A DNA stretch of 64,000 nucleotides. It comes from a virus. The first letter of the stretch is position 1. Every line of letters starts with the position of its first letter. The stretch is from positions 108,834 through 172,833 of IMG/VR virus record IMGVR_UViG_3300027754_005796. One strand, written 5' to 3'. Positions 20,047 through 30,658 of the stretch are shown here, piece by piece. The notes beneath the pieces are model-generated. The model searched no databases, was not told the origin of the DNA, and was given only the letters and a program-made list of their open reading frames with translations. A program made the translations under genes and the position numbers.

Positions 20047-20643
20047 ATGAATTATTCGGCAGCAACTTGCTTCGATGAAAAGGATTGGAACAAATATGGA
20101 TTGAATTGGTTGCGTGCAGCCCGTTCAAATTCTATGACTGGTTTTGTGGTTGGTATAGACCTTCCAGAACAAGCCGTGGCAAAAATTGGAGAATTGAATT
20201 TCACCCATTTGCCCATCGTTCGCAAATATAATTTTAAATGCGATTTATTTTACACACTTCTTCAGGCATTGGATCGTGATTCTTTTTGCTTATGGACTGA
20301 AAATAATTTGCTGCCTAGGCATGATCTCGAGCCAAAGTTTGATGCTTGTTGTCAATTAAGCGAATATACAGCATATGCAATTACAAGTCCCGTAATAAAC
20401 TTGCATGATCGTGCTGCCATGATTAGTTCGCTTGAGGAACAAATCCAAAAAGTTCATGGAAGCATGTTATCAACTCGATATATATTAGGAAGCTATAATT
20501 TTTGGAATGGTTTTTTGGGTTGTCAAAGTTATTTGTATCAGAAGCAATATCTGGATTCAAATATGCCTTGTGACGATTTGATTCTGAATTTCTTTATGGC
20601 TTTTGCAAATTCCGTTTCTCTAGAAATTAAAAAATATGAGTAA
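20047..20643 (+). CDS. Hypothetical protein (possibly GT-A-like)
   Basis: 198 aa ORF in operon. Confidence 0.7.
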   Translation: MNYSAATCFDEKDWNKYGLNWLRAARSNSMTGFVVGIDLPEQAVAKIGELNFTHLPIVRKYNFKCDLFYTLLQALDRDSFCLWTENNLLPRHDLEPKFDACCQLSEYTAYAITSPVINLHDRAAMISSLEEQIQKVHGSMLSTRYILGSYNFWNGFLGCQSYLYQKQYLDSNMPCDDLILNFFMAFANSVSLEIKKYE

Positions 20644-20740
20644 TTTTTTTTATGAAATAGGGTCTTTTGTGTTTTTTATGACTGTAATGTTTATAATTTG
20701 TTTGATCCTCATGGCATTTGAAGGTAAATCAAACAAATGA
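20636..20740 (+). CDS. 34-aa single-TM peptide (absent from ORF track)
   Basis: MSNFFYEIGSFVFFMTVMFIICLILMAFEGKSNK; fills gap, ATGA overlap with next gene. Confidence 0.55.
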   Translation: MSNFFYEIGSFVFFMTVMFIICLILMAFEGKSNK

Positions 20741-21162
20741 ACATCTTGCTCTGTGTTTACGGCACCTTGAAGCAATGCTTTCAAAGATCGCAGTTTCTTC
20801 GTGATCAAAGATACTTAGGTGTTTGCAAAACCACTCCTGAGTATGGAATCTATGCCTATGGTGGATTTCCAGCACTTGTCGATTCCAATTTGGCTCAGTC
20901 ATCTGATGTAAAAGCCAATTCGCATATCTATGGCGAATTGTATGAGGTCGATGAAAATTGCCTTGTTTTGCTTGATGATATTGAAGGCGTTGGTGATGGA
21001 TTGTTTTTTAGGCAAACCCTTAATCTTCAGGAAATTAATTTTTTTCGTCTGCCTTTGACACAAGAATGTTGGAATATGGTTGAAGCAAAAAAAGCGGAAG
21101 CGTATTTTTTTAAGCGTAGCGTAAAAGGTGCAGCGAATTGCGGTTCTTTCTGGTCAAAATAA
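20737..21162 (+). CDS. Gamma-glutamylcyclotransferase (GGACT/AIG2-like)
   Basis: VYGTLK, FPALV, GELYEVD...L..LD..EG. Confidence 0.9.
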   Translation: MNILLCVYGTLKQCFQRSQFLRDQRYLGVCKTTPEYGIYAYGGFPALVDSNLAQSSDVKANSHIYGELYEVDENCLVLLDDIEGVGDGLFFRQTLNLQEINFFRLPLTQECWNMVEAKKAEAYFFKRSVKGAANCGSFWSK

Positions 21163-21163
21163 A

Positions 21164-21553
21164 ATGTCTTACGCAGATGTAGCACTTGTTGTAATTGTTC
21201 TTGTCGCAAGCTTTTTGTTGTTTGCCTTTTTTGTTGTTCGCAGTTACGCTGTGGAAAACGAAAGGTTAAAAATACAAGGAGTTCTTGAAGATTTGCAATA
21301 TGCAACAACTGATCAATTGCTGAAAGAATTTCGTAGTAGACCGAAAAACATATATGTATTGATAAAGCCTATAGACACGCCACAAGAACAGGGTTTCAAA
21401 ATTGAGTTAAATGGAATGTCTCTGTTTAATTCATTGACCATGATGCATCTTGGTCTAAATCTAGTACGGCGTGAAATGCAAAATAAAGGCATGGAAATTC
21501 CAGAATTACCTGTTTTATTCAAAGAGGATGATGACGATGAACAAACAGGTTAA
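21164..21553 (+). CDS. Membrane-anchored hypothetical protein
   Basis: N-terminal TM helix. Confidence 0.7.
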   Translation: MSYADVALVVIVLVASFLLFAFFVVRSYAVENERLKIQGVLEDLQYATTDQLLKEFRSRPKNIYVLIKPIDTPQEQGFKIELNGMSLFNSLTMMHLGLNLVRREMQNKGMEIPELPVLFKEDDDDEQTG

Positions 21554-22676
21554 AATCTGCTTAAACACGATGGTAGCAAATGAGTCTCATGTGATTTTAC
21601 GCATGTTGGAGTCATGCTATCGATACATCGACTACTGGGTAATTCAAGACAACGGTAGTAAAGACAACACCAAAGAATTGATCGCCAGTTTTTTTGAAGA
21701 AAAAAACATTCCCGGCTGTCTCTACTCAATTCCTTGGCAATTTCCCGGCTACAACCGGGACCATGCTCTGCAAACTTGTTTAAAACACAATCATGGTTGT
21801 GATTGGATTTTACGGATTGACGCTGACGAGAAGATTGAAGTAGAGCCGGACTTTGATTGGTCGCCAATTAATCAAACATCTGTTCAAAGCTATAACATTA
21901 TGGCCTATCAAAGCTTGTGTTCGTACAGAAGGTGTTGGCTGTGGAACGCCAAATTGCCTTGGAAGTTCAAGCACGACAAGCGTCATGAAATCATTTATCT
22001 TGACCAAGATAATATCGGGGAAGGATTCCAAAGATGTGATTTAGATTCTAAATTCAGGCATATCGTCGTTGGCGATGGCAAAACTTGGCAAAACAGTACA
22101 AAGTTTTTCCAAGATGCTTTGGAAATTGAAAAAGATTTGTTGGCTGAAAATTCTATGTTGACTGATTTTTATCATCTCTATTACACAGCTAAAAGCTACA
22201 GGGATTCATTTTGCGCTCCCGGCTCTTATTTTCCTTTTGGTTTCAGCCATGTGCAAGAGTGCGCCAGACGCTGTCTTTTTTATTTTGATCGCTGGATGGA
22301 TTTAATGCACGACTACAGTACAACGCAAAAGCCCAAGTTTATCGATGAATCTGGATACATGGCTTGCATTTTTAAGGCTGAGGCATATTCAAGATTGAAT
22401 GACGAAGAAGCAGAGCTAAGATCGCTTCATCAAGCAGAAGCATTTTGTCCGGCAAGAAATGAACATTTGGCGAGATTGGCAGAACTACATCAAGCAAAGG
22501 GTCGCAGGGTGGAATTTATTAACACAACCATGCGATTGATGGAAAAAGATAGGAAAAACCCTCTTGCTGTTTTTTCTTTGTTTATCAATAGTGATGCATA
22601 CTACGACACGGGAAGTAAAGTTCAAGAGCTTCATCGGCAGGCATGTATGTTGCACAACATATCCTCCGTGGAATAA
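21537..22676 (+). CDS. GT2 glycosyltransferase with TPR-like C-terminus
   Basis: ICLN.MV.NE..VI.RMLES, DNGS.D.T, IDADE, HE. Confidence 0.88.
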   Translation: MNKQVKICLNTMVANESHVILRMLESCYRYIDYWVIQDNGSKDNTKELIASFFEEKNIPGCLYSIPWQFPGYNRDHALQTCLKHNHGCDWILRIDADEKIEVEPDFDWSPINQTSVQSYNIMAYQSLCSYRRCWLWNAKLPWKFKHDKRHEIIYLDQDNIGEGFQRCDLDSKFRHIVVGDGKTWQNSTKFFQDALEIEKDLLAENSMLTDFYHLYYTAKSYRDSFCAPGSYFPFGFSHVQECARRCLFYFDRWMDLMHDYSTTQKPKFIDESGYMACIFKAEAYSRLNDEEAELRSLHQAEAFCPARNEHLARLAELHQAKGRRVEFINTTMRLMEKDRKNPLAVFSLFINSDAYYDTGSKVQELHRQACMLHNISSVE

Positions 22677-22741
22677 AAGTTTAAAATATTACTTACCATG
22701 AAAAAATATATGGCATATACTTTCCCTATCCACAGGGAGTA

Positions 22742-23695
22742 TTGTTTATGCTTTCTAATTTTGATCGGTATGAAAAACTCGTTTCTAGCAACTTGAAATC
22801 CTTTTGTCACGAGATTTTTGATGATGTGAAGCAAAGGAAGGCTATAACTGCCGAAATGCCCGACTTTGAGGAATTTCAGAAAGCTACTCAGAAGATACAG
22901 AAAGCAAAAAGTGGCAAAATAAATCCAGAAATGCTTCCTTGTTATGAATCGCCTCTTTTGAATAGCCAACAAGAGCAGCATCTCTTTCGCAAGATGAATT
23001 TTTATAAATATAAAGCCAAGCTTGTTTTAAGCACTATAAATTCGCAGAATCCAAATACAATAAAATTAGAGAATGCCGAAAATTTTGTTGCAAAATACAA
23101 GGAAATTAGAAACCTCTTGGCTGAAAGTAATTTCAGACTTGCCACCCAAGTGATGAAACACCGCCATATTTTGCAGAATGAGCAAAATCAGCATGACACC
23201 ATATTAAGCGATGCGTATTACGATGTTCTAAAGGCTGTTGATTATTTTAACTGGACATTGGGACATAAGTTTTCAACTTACGCTACTTGGGTAGTGAAGA
23301 AAAATTTTTTCCGTGATGCAAAGATGAAGTTCGCACACAACGAAAGGTTGTCATTTTTCAACGATTCAATTCCAGACATGGAAGACGAAAAGACTAGTGG
23401 CTTGGTAGATGAGCGTGATCAACAAAGCCGTCAGACTTTGATTTTCAAATTAATTGGTTTACTTGTAAAAGAAAATATTGGCACGGATCGCATCAGGCAG
23501 GCTTATGTTCTTGAAAATTATTTCGGGGTAAATGGCAGAGAAAAGAAAACTCTTGAAAAAATAAGCGAAGAAATCGGTGTGACCAAGGAAAGAGTGCGCC
23601 AGTTAAAAGAAAAAGGATTGGAATGGATTCGCAGCAGGGTCGCAGTAATGAATTTGGACTATGATAACGAAAAACCAGATGAAAGTGTTTTCTAA
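22742..23695 (+). CDS. RNA polymerase sigma-70 factor (planctomycete type)
   Basis: YESPLL...QE.HLFRKMN, SNFRL, KAVD.F....G.KFSTYATW, TLEKI.EEIGVTKERVRQL. Confidence 0.93.
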   Translation: MFMLSNFDRYEKLVSSNLKSFCHEIFDDVKQRKAITAEMPDFEEFQKATQKIQKAKSGKINPEMLPCYESPLLNSQQEQHLFRKMNFYKYKAKLVLSTINSQNPNTIKLENAENFVAKYKEIRNLLAESNFRLATQVMKHRHILQNEQNQHDTILSDAYYDVLKAVDYFNWTLGHKFSTYATWVVKKNFFRDAKMKFAHNERLSFFNDSIPDMEDEKTSGLVDERDQQSRQTLIFKLIGLLVKENIGTDRIRQAYVLENYFGVNGREKKTLEKISEEIGVTKERVRQLKEKGLEWIRSRVAVMNLDYDNEKPDESVF

Positions 23696-23730
23696 AAGTG
23701 TTATAGTATTTTCTGGTAGGAGAAAACACT

Positions 23731-24825
23731 ATGTTCACGCTGGAAGATGCCTATCATGCAGTTGAAGGTCGTTCTGAGTTTGCAATCAAACTTACAGATA
23801 AGACTGTTTGCTTTGACTACATCGTAATTCTTAGTGACACTTTTGTAGCGGGAGATGCATCAAAAACAGGTTGGATTCGTCGCAATTTTCGTGGCGTAAC
23901 ATTTTGCCGTGAAACTGGCAAAATGCTAAGTTTGCCTTTTCATAAATTTTTCAATATCAATCAGAATTCAGAAACTGATTTCAATTTATATAAAGGAAAA
24001 GATGCCACCATCTATGAAAAACTAGATGGAAGTATGGTTCATTTTTACAGGTTGACAGATGGCGCTTTACAAGCTTCTACCCGTCGCTCTCCTCATTCTA
24101 CACAAGCTCAGGGTGCTTTGGCTTTTGTTCTTAGTAGTCCAGAGTTGGAGCGCAACATCCTTGAAACGATTGATTGCGGTTTCACGCCTATTTTTGAATG
24201 GGTCTCGCCTCGTAATCAGATAGTTGTCAGGTATGACCAATGCAGACTGGTGTTCTTAATGTCTCGCAGCAGGGAGACTGGAAAGTATTTTTTTGAAAAT
24301 AAGTATTCTGATCGTGCTCTTGAATATCGTTTTAAATTTGCTGAAATATTGCAGAATTTGCATCATTCTGAATTTGAAGGATATGTTTGTCATTTTGAAA
24401 ATGGCGACATGCTGAAAGCTAAAACACCTTGGTATTTGGAGAGACATCGTGCTGTTGATGCTCTCATGCGTCCCACATACAAGGTTTATGAAGTCGCTTT
24501 AGATGGTTTGATGGACGATCTTATTGCCATTTCGGTTGAATCCTACAAAATTCGCTTACAGTCTATTCATGATGAAGTACAAAAAGATATATTGCAATTA
24601 AATTTGCAAATGGAGTCTGTATATCAAGAAATTAATTCTAAAATAGTTTATGATATCAAGTCAAATCAAAAAGAGCATCGAAAATCTTTTGTGGAGATGG
24701 CTAAAACAACAAATTGTTTTTCAGAATTGATGCAGATTTATCAAGGAAAAAATCCAGAAAGTCTTTACAAGAAAAAACTTATGGAAAAATACACAGAAAT
24801 GTATCCAGAAAGATTTTTCAGTTAA
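23731..24825 (+). CDS. T4 Rnl1-like RNA ligase
   Basis: RG..F, PFHKFFN, EKLDGS, FEW.SP.NQIV..Y, EGYV, K.K..WY. Confidence 0.92.
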   Translation: MFTLEDAYHAVEGRSEFAIKLTDKTVCFDYIVILSDTFVAGDASKTGWIRRNFRGVTFCRETGKMLSLPFHKFFNINQNSETDFNLYKGKDATIYEKLDGSMVHFYRLTDGALQASTRRSPHSTQAQGALAFVLSSPELERNILETIDCGFTPIFEWVSPRNQIVVRYDQCRLVFLMSRSRETGKYFFENKYSDRALEYRFKFAEILQNLHHSEFEGYVCHFENGDMLKAKTPWYLERHRAVDALMRPTYKVYEVALDGLMDDLIAISVESYKIRLQSIHDEVQKDILQLNLQMESVYQEINSKIVYDIKSNQKEHRKSFVEMAKTTNCFSELMQIYQGKNPESLYKKKLMEKYTEMYPERFFS

Positions 24826-24858
24826 TTGTATTTCGGCAACAAAACTTCCTGTATGACT
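24824..24858 (+). promoter_or_regulatory. Conserved 35-bp upstream motif, copy 1
   Basis: AATTGTATTT-N5-ACAAAACTTCCTGTATGACT; also at 47767 and 50317 on the minus strand. Confidence 0.7.
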
Positions 24859-24986
24859 TTACAACCCGACAAAATCGGGTTACAGAGAAGGTGACGGCGT
24901 TACACTATTAGACTGCCTCCACAATGGAGTGGGTTGAGCAGTTTTTATCTGATAGCTGTGCCCGTCTGTTTGAGGTTCTTGACCCT

Positions 24987-25844
24987 ATGGCTACTAAGAA
25001 AACTGCTGCTCCTAAGTCAGCTAAGGATGTTTTGGCACAATTGGGGGCACTTGCAGGCTCTGCAAAGCCTGCTGCAAAGACCGCCCAAAAGTGGCAGCTT
25101 CCTGTGACTACCGATTTTCAAGCCGTTGCTGCCCGCTGGGCGGGAGCAAAGATCGTTTCTGATGTATCCAAGGCTCGTTTGGAATCAACCAAGGACGAGC
25201 TATGCGAATACGCAACAGGCGTGCTGGTCGAGAGACTTTGGGAAAACGGCAGTAAGCCGAGTAACCCCAGCGTCACGCTGGTCAAGGCAGATGGTTCTGC
25301 TGATCACAGCTTCCTGTACATCTTGCAGGATCGATTCAGCGTTCAACTGCCTGAGTGCCAGCAGGGCGAGGAAGTAGATTCCGCTGTTGGTGTTTTCGAG
25401 GGCTTGGGCCTGCATCCTGACGATGCACGCAATTTGGTCGAGAACGAACTTGACTTCTCGCCAATCGTGGGTTTTCGGCCTCTTTCCGAGCTCTTAAACG
25501 GCACCTACGGGGAGAGCCGTGAGTTCATTCCTGCCAGCGATGTGGAGCAGTCCGCTGGCATGAAATTGGCTGCGTTGGTGGCATGGGACGGGACTTCGCC
25601 CGTCAAGCCCCTGACCCCTGCCGAAAAGGCTGTTGTGGTGGACCGCAGCAATAAAGTCGCCATAAAGGCGGGGTTCTACGACAGGGTCAAGGGCTACTGC
25701 CGTAGCGTTGATCAACTGAAGGCGGTCCTGAAGGTGGTTAAGCCCTCAGCTTACCCTTCCCACCTGAAGTTCGCTCCTGCCGACAGCGTGGTAGAGCAGA
25801 CGCAGCGTAAAATTGCTGCTGCATCTGAACTGTTTCAAGGTTAA
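24987..25844 (+). CDS. GC-rich hypothetical protein
   Basis: MATKKTAAPK start; followed by strong terminator. Confidence 0.8.
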   Translation: MATKKTAAPKSAKDVLAQLGALAGSAKPAAKTAQKWQLPVTTDFQAVAARWAGAKIVSDVSKARLESTKDELCEYATGVLVERLWENGSKPSNPSVTLVKADGSADHSFLYILQDRFSVQLPECQQGEEVDSAVGVFEGLGLHPDDARNLVENELDFSPIVGFRPLSELLNGTYGESREFIPASDVEQSAGMKLAALVAWDGTSPVKPLTPAEKAVVVDRSNKVAIKAGFYDRVKGYCRSVDQLKAVLKVVKPSAYPSHLKFAPADSVVEQTQRKIAAASELFQG

Positions 25845-25869
25845 TATTAATCGTGTGAGGATGGACTCG

Positions 25870-25901
25870 AAGGGGACCGGAGAAATCCGGTCCCCTTTTT
25901 T
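25870..25901 (+). terminator. Rho-independent terminator
   Basis: AAGGGGACCGGA-GAAA-TCCGGTCCCCTT plus T run. Confidence 0.9.
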
Positions 25902-25923
25902 CGTTTTCTCACTCAATTAATTC

Positions 25924-26493
25924 ATGCTCGATAAAGTCAAAAAAACAAAAAATCCCAGAGAAAAAGCTGAAATTATTTGGGAATTTTATTGTACTCGTAA
26001 ACTTGTGATGAATTTGGAGCCATCTTGGACTCACCCGTCCTATCATTTAGTTGAAAAATACCTAAATAATACCATTCAAAAAAATGAATTGCCCCAGCTT
26101 GTTGAGGTTATCAAAAGCCATGAACAGCAAGATGGCAAAGAAGTTCTACAATTCGTAAATCGCCCCTCTGGGCCTGTCAGAATTATGCATGAGGGTTGGA
26201 AGATTGGCAGTCCCACTTGGGTATTTATGGGTCGAAATCTTCATCCAAATGCTACTCAATATCTTGGCAACGGTTGGATAGCAGTTTGTCGGGAAGTACC
26301 CTCAGAACTTTATAAATTGTTTGATCCAAGCATTCCTAACCTTGTATGGATTGCTTATCACCGAGATAGATCTATGGCTTTCACAGAGAGTGAAAATTGT
26401 ATAGGTCCAGCAGTTTTTTATGATGTGTTCATGAAATTAACTGCGAAAATTGCAGGAAAATTGCCTGAAAATCCAGACCCGAAGGTGAATTGA
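25924..26493 (+). CDS. Hypothetical protein
   Basis: 189 aa ORF. Confidence 0.7.
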   Translation: MLDKVKKTKNPREKAEIIWEFYCTRKLVMNLEPSWTHPSYHLVEKYLNNTIQKNELPQLVEVIKSHEQQDGKEVLQFVNRPSGPVRIMHEGWKIGSPTWVFMGRNLHPNATQYLGNGWIAVCREVPSELYKLFDPSIPNLVWIAYHRDRSMAFTESENCIGPAVFYDVFMKLTAKIAGKLPENPDPKVN

Positions 26494-27176
26494 TGTACAC
26501 GAATAAAATTTTGGTGAGCAAGGCAGTCCAAGGCTCACAGTTTTGCGATGAGTTTCTTTTAAAAAATCCCTATTCTTTAATTTATGTGCTAAGTCACAAC
26601 AGTAAGGGTGCGGTCGGCATTATGTTGAACGGTCCTAGTATCGGCAAATTAAATTCAATTTATTTAAAAGATGTGGTTGATGCGCCTGAAGGCCAATATG
26701 ATAAATTCAAACAAATGTACATGGATGGTGTTTTCAAAGATTTACAGCTTCATCTTGCTGGCCCAAGAAAAACTAAAGGGGTCTATTTCCTGCACGGTTA
26801 TGGTGATTCTGCTTGTGTCTTGAAGCCATCTCAGGAGCCGACCTTAAATGATGCTCTCCAAGAAACTATTTTTGGCCAGCCTGAAAAATCCAAGAAAAAA
26901 TATGAAGTGGTTGATGGAGTTTTCTTTGGCACTCCATATACCTTTGCGCACATTGTCGAAAACGATAGACTTTTAGAAAATAAATACAAGTTTTTCACAG
27001 GAGAAACTTGTTGGGTTCCGGGGCAGTTGGAAACTGAGGTTCAAGCTGGCTTCTGGGCCGTGGTTGACTACAACTCTGATTATTTTTTTGACCATATAAA
27101 ATGCGAAAGTTTGGCTCGATCTTATAGAAAAATCGAGCCAAACTTTTTTTCTCGCATCAAACCTTCGCTAAATTAA
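26493..27176 (+). CDS. YqgE/AlgH (DUF179) family protein
   Basis: LIYV..H...GAVG..LN, GP, KFF.G...W.PGQLE.E...G.W. Confidence 0.82.
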   Translation: MYTNKILVSKAVQGSQFCDEFLLKNPYSLIYVLSHNSKGAVGIMLNGPSIGKLNSIYLKDVVDAPEGQYDKFKQMYMDGVFKDLQLHLAGPRKTKGVYFLHGYGDSACVLKPSQEPTLNDALQETIFGQPEKSKKKYEVVDGVFFGTPYTFAHIVENDRLLENKYKFFTGETCWVPGQLETEVQAGFWAVVDYNSDYFFDHIKCESLARSYRKIEPNFFSRIKPSLN

Positions 27177-28240
27177 TCCAGAGATACAATCTCGCCACCT
27201 TCGGGAGTGCAGATTGATCTCAAGATTAATGTGGTAATTTTATCATTAACAAACTGCACATGCCCATCGCCAAAGACTGCGTTGACACCACTTGAATGAT
27301 AGGAGAAAGGTTCGTCATTGGGACCGCAGTTGTTGAGACTCCAAGGGCAAGTAGTAGGGCCACCTATTGGAGATGCATTGTTGTTGATTTTAGCGACTTT
27401 GCTGTCGGTTGCTTGGTGGGGGCCAGAAACACCATTGCCAACATCTGGTTCTGCCCAACGATAGTTGTTTCTCATGCCACTTGGGGAGGCTACGGAGGAA
27501 CCGCCGTAAGCTTTGTAGTTGGATTTCATGTAAGGACTGATGCTCTCGTGTGATTTGCCAGCATCTTCAATAATTGCAATTGTGTTGCTTGTGCCGTCCA
27601 TTACAGCAGCAATGCTTCTGCCGCCTCTGCGAATTACATTCATCCCATTGGTGCTGATGTTTGTGATTGTAGGAGGACTGGCTGTTCCAGCGCCAATAAC
27701 TTCGTAGTGAAGAGTGAGAAGACCCGGAGTTTTGTATAGGTTGCATGTATTGCTGATTGTACAACGGCAACTTGTGTTTGGGTCGATGTCAACATATGCA
27801 ACTGGCATGTAATCAACTTGTCCATAGTTTTGGGGATCATTCTTTGAACCAAAAGATGGACAGAGGAAGGATTTGATAACTTGTTGCCCTGCTCCATTTG
27901 CAACATTTGTTGGATGATCATAAGGAATTGTGGTATCGAATAGCTTGGCAGCGTTGTCCTGTTCGACATATGGAAGAATGTGTGTGTAGGTTGAATTTAC
28001 ATCAAAAGTGGTAGACAAATTGGCAGAAAGACCTTCACCGCTTGTTGGCAAGTAGCCCATAGTGCTTTGATAATTATGAAGAGCCAACCCGATTTGCTTC
28101 ATGTTGTTACTGCAACTCATTCTGTTTGCAGCCTCCCGTACCTTCTGCACGGCTGGGACCAGTAAACCTACCAATACGGCGATAATTGCAATTACGACCA
28201 ATAGTTCAATAAGCGTAAAAGCTTTTCTTTTTGCGTTCAT
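27173..28240 (-). CDS. DUF1559 prepilin-type N-methylation / H-X9-DG protein
   Basis: [47 protein letters not shown]; F.CPS; DGTSNT; SYH..GVN..FGDGHV. Confidence 0.96.
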   Translation of the reverse strand: MNAKRKAFTLIELLVVIAIIAVLVGLLVPAVQKVREAANRMSCSNNMKQIGLALHNYQSTMGYLPTSGEGLSANLSTTFDVNSTYTHILPYVEQDNAAKLFDTTIPYDHPTNVANGAGQQVIKSFLCPSFGSKNDPQNYGQVDYMPVAYVDIDPNTSCRCTISNTCNLYKTPGLLTLHYEVIGAGTASPPTITNISTNGMNVIRRGGRSIAAVMDGTSNTIAIIEDAGKSHESISPYMKSNYKAYGGSSVASPSGMRNNYRWAEPDVGNGVSGPHQATDSKVAKINNNASPIGGPTTCPWSLNNCGPNDEPFSYHSSGVNAVFGDGHVQFVNDKITTLILRSICTPEGGEIVSLD

Positions 28241-28394
28241 ATAAATTCTCCTTTAGTTCACTAATAATTACAGTTTTTTAAAAAAATATCATGTGTGCTT
28301 ATGATGAAACAATTGCGAAGATTTTATGAGGAAAATTTTGTTACTTTTTGCATTTTCGTGGGGTATACACAAGTAATACCTTCAGGAGTTCAGC

Positions 28395-28652
28395 ATGTTA
28401 CATACTTTTATTTTGCCTGTTGTAAAACCCGAAACTTGTTTCTCGGTCGAACATGAAATTGAGGATAATGAAAAGGCTTTTATTCGTCGTTCTTTGCATC
28501 ATTTGATGAACAATAATCCAATCCTAGGAATGTGGATCAAACAATATGCAAAGGGCACCAAAGACCCCAAAAGCACCATGATCTGTGCGCTGGTTTTGTA
28601 CAAGTTGCTTGAAAGTCAGGGAGAGGCAGATTTCATGAATGACAATTTTTAG
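28395..28652 (+). CDS. Hypothetical protein
   Basis: AGGAG SD; 85 aa. Confidence 0.7.
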   Translation: MLHTFILPVVKPETCFSVEHEIEDNEKAFIRRSLHHLMNNNPILGMWIKQYAKGTKDPKSTMICALVLYKLLESQGEADFMNDNF

Positions 28653-28717
28653 CTAGTTTTCGAGACAATTTAATATGTATCTCGTACATATTTTATTGTC
28701 TCTGACCAAGGAGTTCG

Positions 28718-29122
28718 ATGGAACCCGTTGATGATCGTACCTTGGGCGAAAAAGCAAGTGACTCAGTCGCAAAATTCGGCGGTTCTTGGTATTTCATCAT
28801 ATTGGGTTTTTTTGTTGTTATTGTTTGGGTGTTTGTCAATTTAATTCCTTGGTGTCTGACTTGGGACGACTATCCTTTTGTTTTGCTCAATCTCGTTCTC
28901 TCATTGATTGCTGCTTTTCAAGCACCTTTTATTCTTATGTCTCAGCGTCGTGTCGAGCGCAAGCAAGATGCGATTTACCGCACTCTATTTAGAGAAATCA
29001 AGGAGTTGGTTGAAGTCAGCCTTAGCCTTGAGCATGAGGTTTTGGAATCCAATAAAAAACTCGAGCAAGAATTTGAAATTATCAAGGAAAAAATAGAAAA
29101 AATTGAGGCGAAATTACGATGA
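28718..29122 (+). CDS. DUF1003 membrane protein
   Basis: A.FGGSW.FI, D.YPF.LLNL.LS..AA.QAP.ILMSQ. Confidence 0.92.
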   Translation: MEPVDDRTLGEKASDSVAKFGGSWYFIILGFFVVIVWVFVNLIPWCLTWDDYPFVLLNLVLSLIAAFQAPFILMSQRRVERKQDAIYRTLFREIKELVEVSLSLEHEVLESNKKLEQEFEIIKEKIEKIEAKLR

Positions 29123-30012
29123 AATATCGGGCAACTTGCACCATTATTTGGGATTTTGAATCAGAGCTACCTCAAGAACAAGCGATTAAGTTTGCCAGAA
29201 AACACCTCGATGAAATACCAGCTAAAGATGGTATGGAGGATGTTCGATTCGTTATCAATCTGGACAAATTGAGAAGTAAGGTTGAGAGAATCAAATTAGG
29301 CGAGGCATTCTTGGAGGAGGTCTTTCCTTTTATTACGGAACAAAGCAGCAAAAAAGAATATGTCTTTGACGGGGAATCATATCAAGTAAAAATGAATGTG
29401 GACAGGTATCATGTTTTCAAAGCTAACAGTAAATGTGTAGCCTGTGGGCTACAGGGCACCAGAATGCACCTTGAGTGTCACCCATCAGACAAAACACCGC
29501 ACTTCAATTTGTATGGCGAGGAAAATGGCAAATTAATTCTGTTTACCAAAGACCACATTAAAGCAAAGGCTTTTGGTGGTGAAGATGTTCTGGAAAATTA
29601 TCAAACTATGTGTGTTATCTGCAACAGCATCAAAGCGCACAGCAACCTAAGTATTGAAAATGTCAAAAAGCTGAGGGATTTAATTGAAGAAAAACGAAAG
29701 GTCCTAACAAAAAAGAAATTACACATGCTGGTCGAGGAAGAGAGGATGAAGCTGGAAGACCCGTGGCCACATGAAGCTGTCAAAGCTGTAAAGCCTAATA
29801 AATATTGTGTTAAAGTATTACAAAATCTTGTAATTTATGAAGAAAATTTGCAATTGGTTGGTTTTCCAGCAACCGAAGCACACGGCCTGAAAAAGGCCAT
29901 GACGGTTCAGAAAGATTCATGGCTGGAGTCCGTACTCGAAGTTAATGAATATTTGTACTGCAAATTGACTGAACATAAGATTGCCAAAATTCATAAAAAT
30001 CTCGTCAATTAA
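29119..30012 (+). CDS. HNH-domain protein
   Basis: CVACG, HFNLY, TKDHI..K..GG....N.QTMC..CN..K. Confidence 0.82.
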   Translation: MKYRATCTIIWDFESELPQEQAIKFARKHLDEIPAKDGMEDVRFVINLDKLRSKVERIKLGEAFLEEVFPFITEQSSKKEYVFDGESYQVKMNVDRYHVFKANSKCVACGLQGTRMHLECHPSDKTPHFNLYGEENGKLILFTKDHIKAKAFGGEDVLENYQTMCVICNSIKAHSNLSIENVKKLRDLIEEKRKVLTKKKLHMLVEEERMKLEDPWPHEAVKAVKPNKYCVKVLQNLVIYEENLQLVGFPATEAHGLKKAMTVQKDSWLESVLEVNEYLYCKLTEHKIAKIHKNLVN

Positions 30013-30043
30013 TATATAATTTTGTAGCTGTAAAAGGAGTGAC

Positions 30044-30658
30044 ATGAAACTCGAACCTTGGGAAATTGAACTGCAAAATCAATTAGGCTCTAATTTTGTG
30101 CCTGAAGTGCCAAAAATTAAACCAGTTCCTGTTGAGTCAGTTGTTTCTGAGCCAGAGGTTGTTTCCGAACCAAATCCTGTTGTTGAGGAAAGTAAGGGAC
30201 CCGGAACTTGGGCTTTTTTGATTCTTTTTACGGTTTTGGCTTTGTCCTCTTTGTATATTTATGATGGCAAAACTGGAGGCAAGATGAAGTCTTGGGTAGC
30301 CAGTCGGTTTCATACTGTTCCCCAAGAGCAAAATCTAAAGGAAAACAAGGCTGTCGAGCAACCTAAGTTGGAGTTTGAAGATGCTGAGGTTGCGAAGTTG
30401 CGTACAGAACTTTATAAACTGAAAAATGAGAATAAATCTCAATACGATGCAGTCATGGGTAAGCTCAATTTAGTTGGAAACAAGGTTGTGCTGATAGGTT
30501 TGCTTTTAAATGAAAACTTCAACATAATTCGGCAGAGTGCAAATTACGAAGACATGGTCTTCTTCAACAGAGATTGGACCCTGAATAAGATGCCAAAATA
30601 CATCGATCTAAGTGATGATGACAGGGAATATCTTCGTAAGTATGTGAATAAAAGCTAA
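30044..30658 (+). CDS. Membrane-anchored coiled-coil hypothetical protein
   Basis: AAGGAG SD; internal TM. Confidence 0.75.
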   Translation: MKLEPWEIELQNQLGSNFVPEVPKIKPVPVESVVSEPEVVSEPNPVVEESKGPGTWAFLILFTVLALSSLYIYDGKTGGKMKSWVASRFHTVPQEQNLKENKAVEQPKLEFEDAEVAKLRTELYKLKNENKSQYDAVMGKLNLVGNKVVLIGLLLNENFNIIRQSANYEDMVFFNRDWTLNKMPKYIDLSDDDREYLRKYVNKS

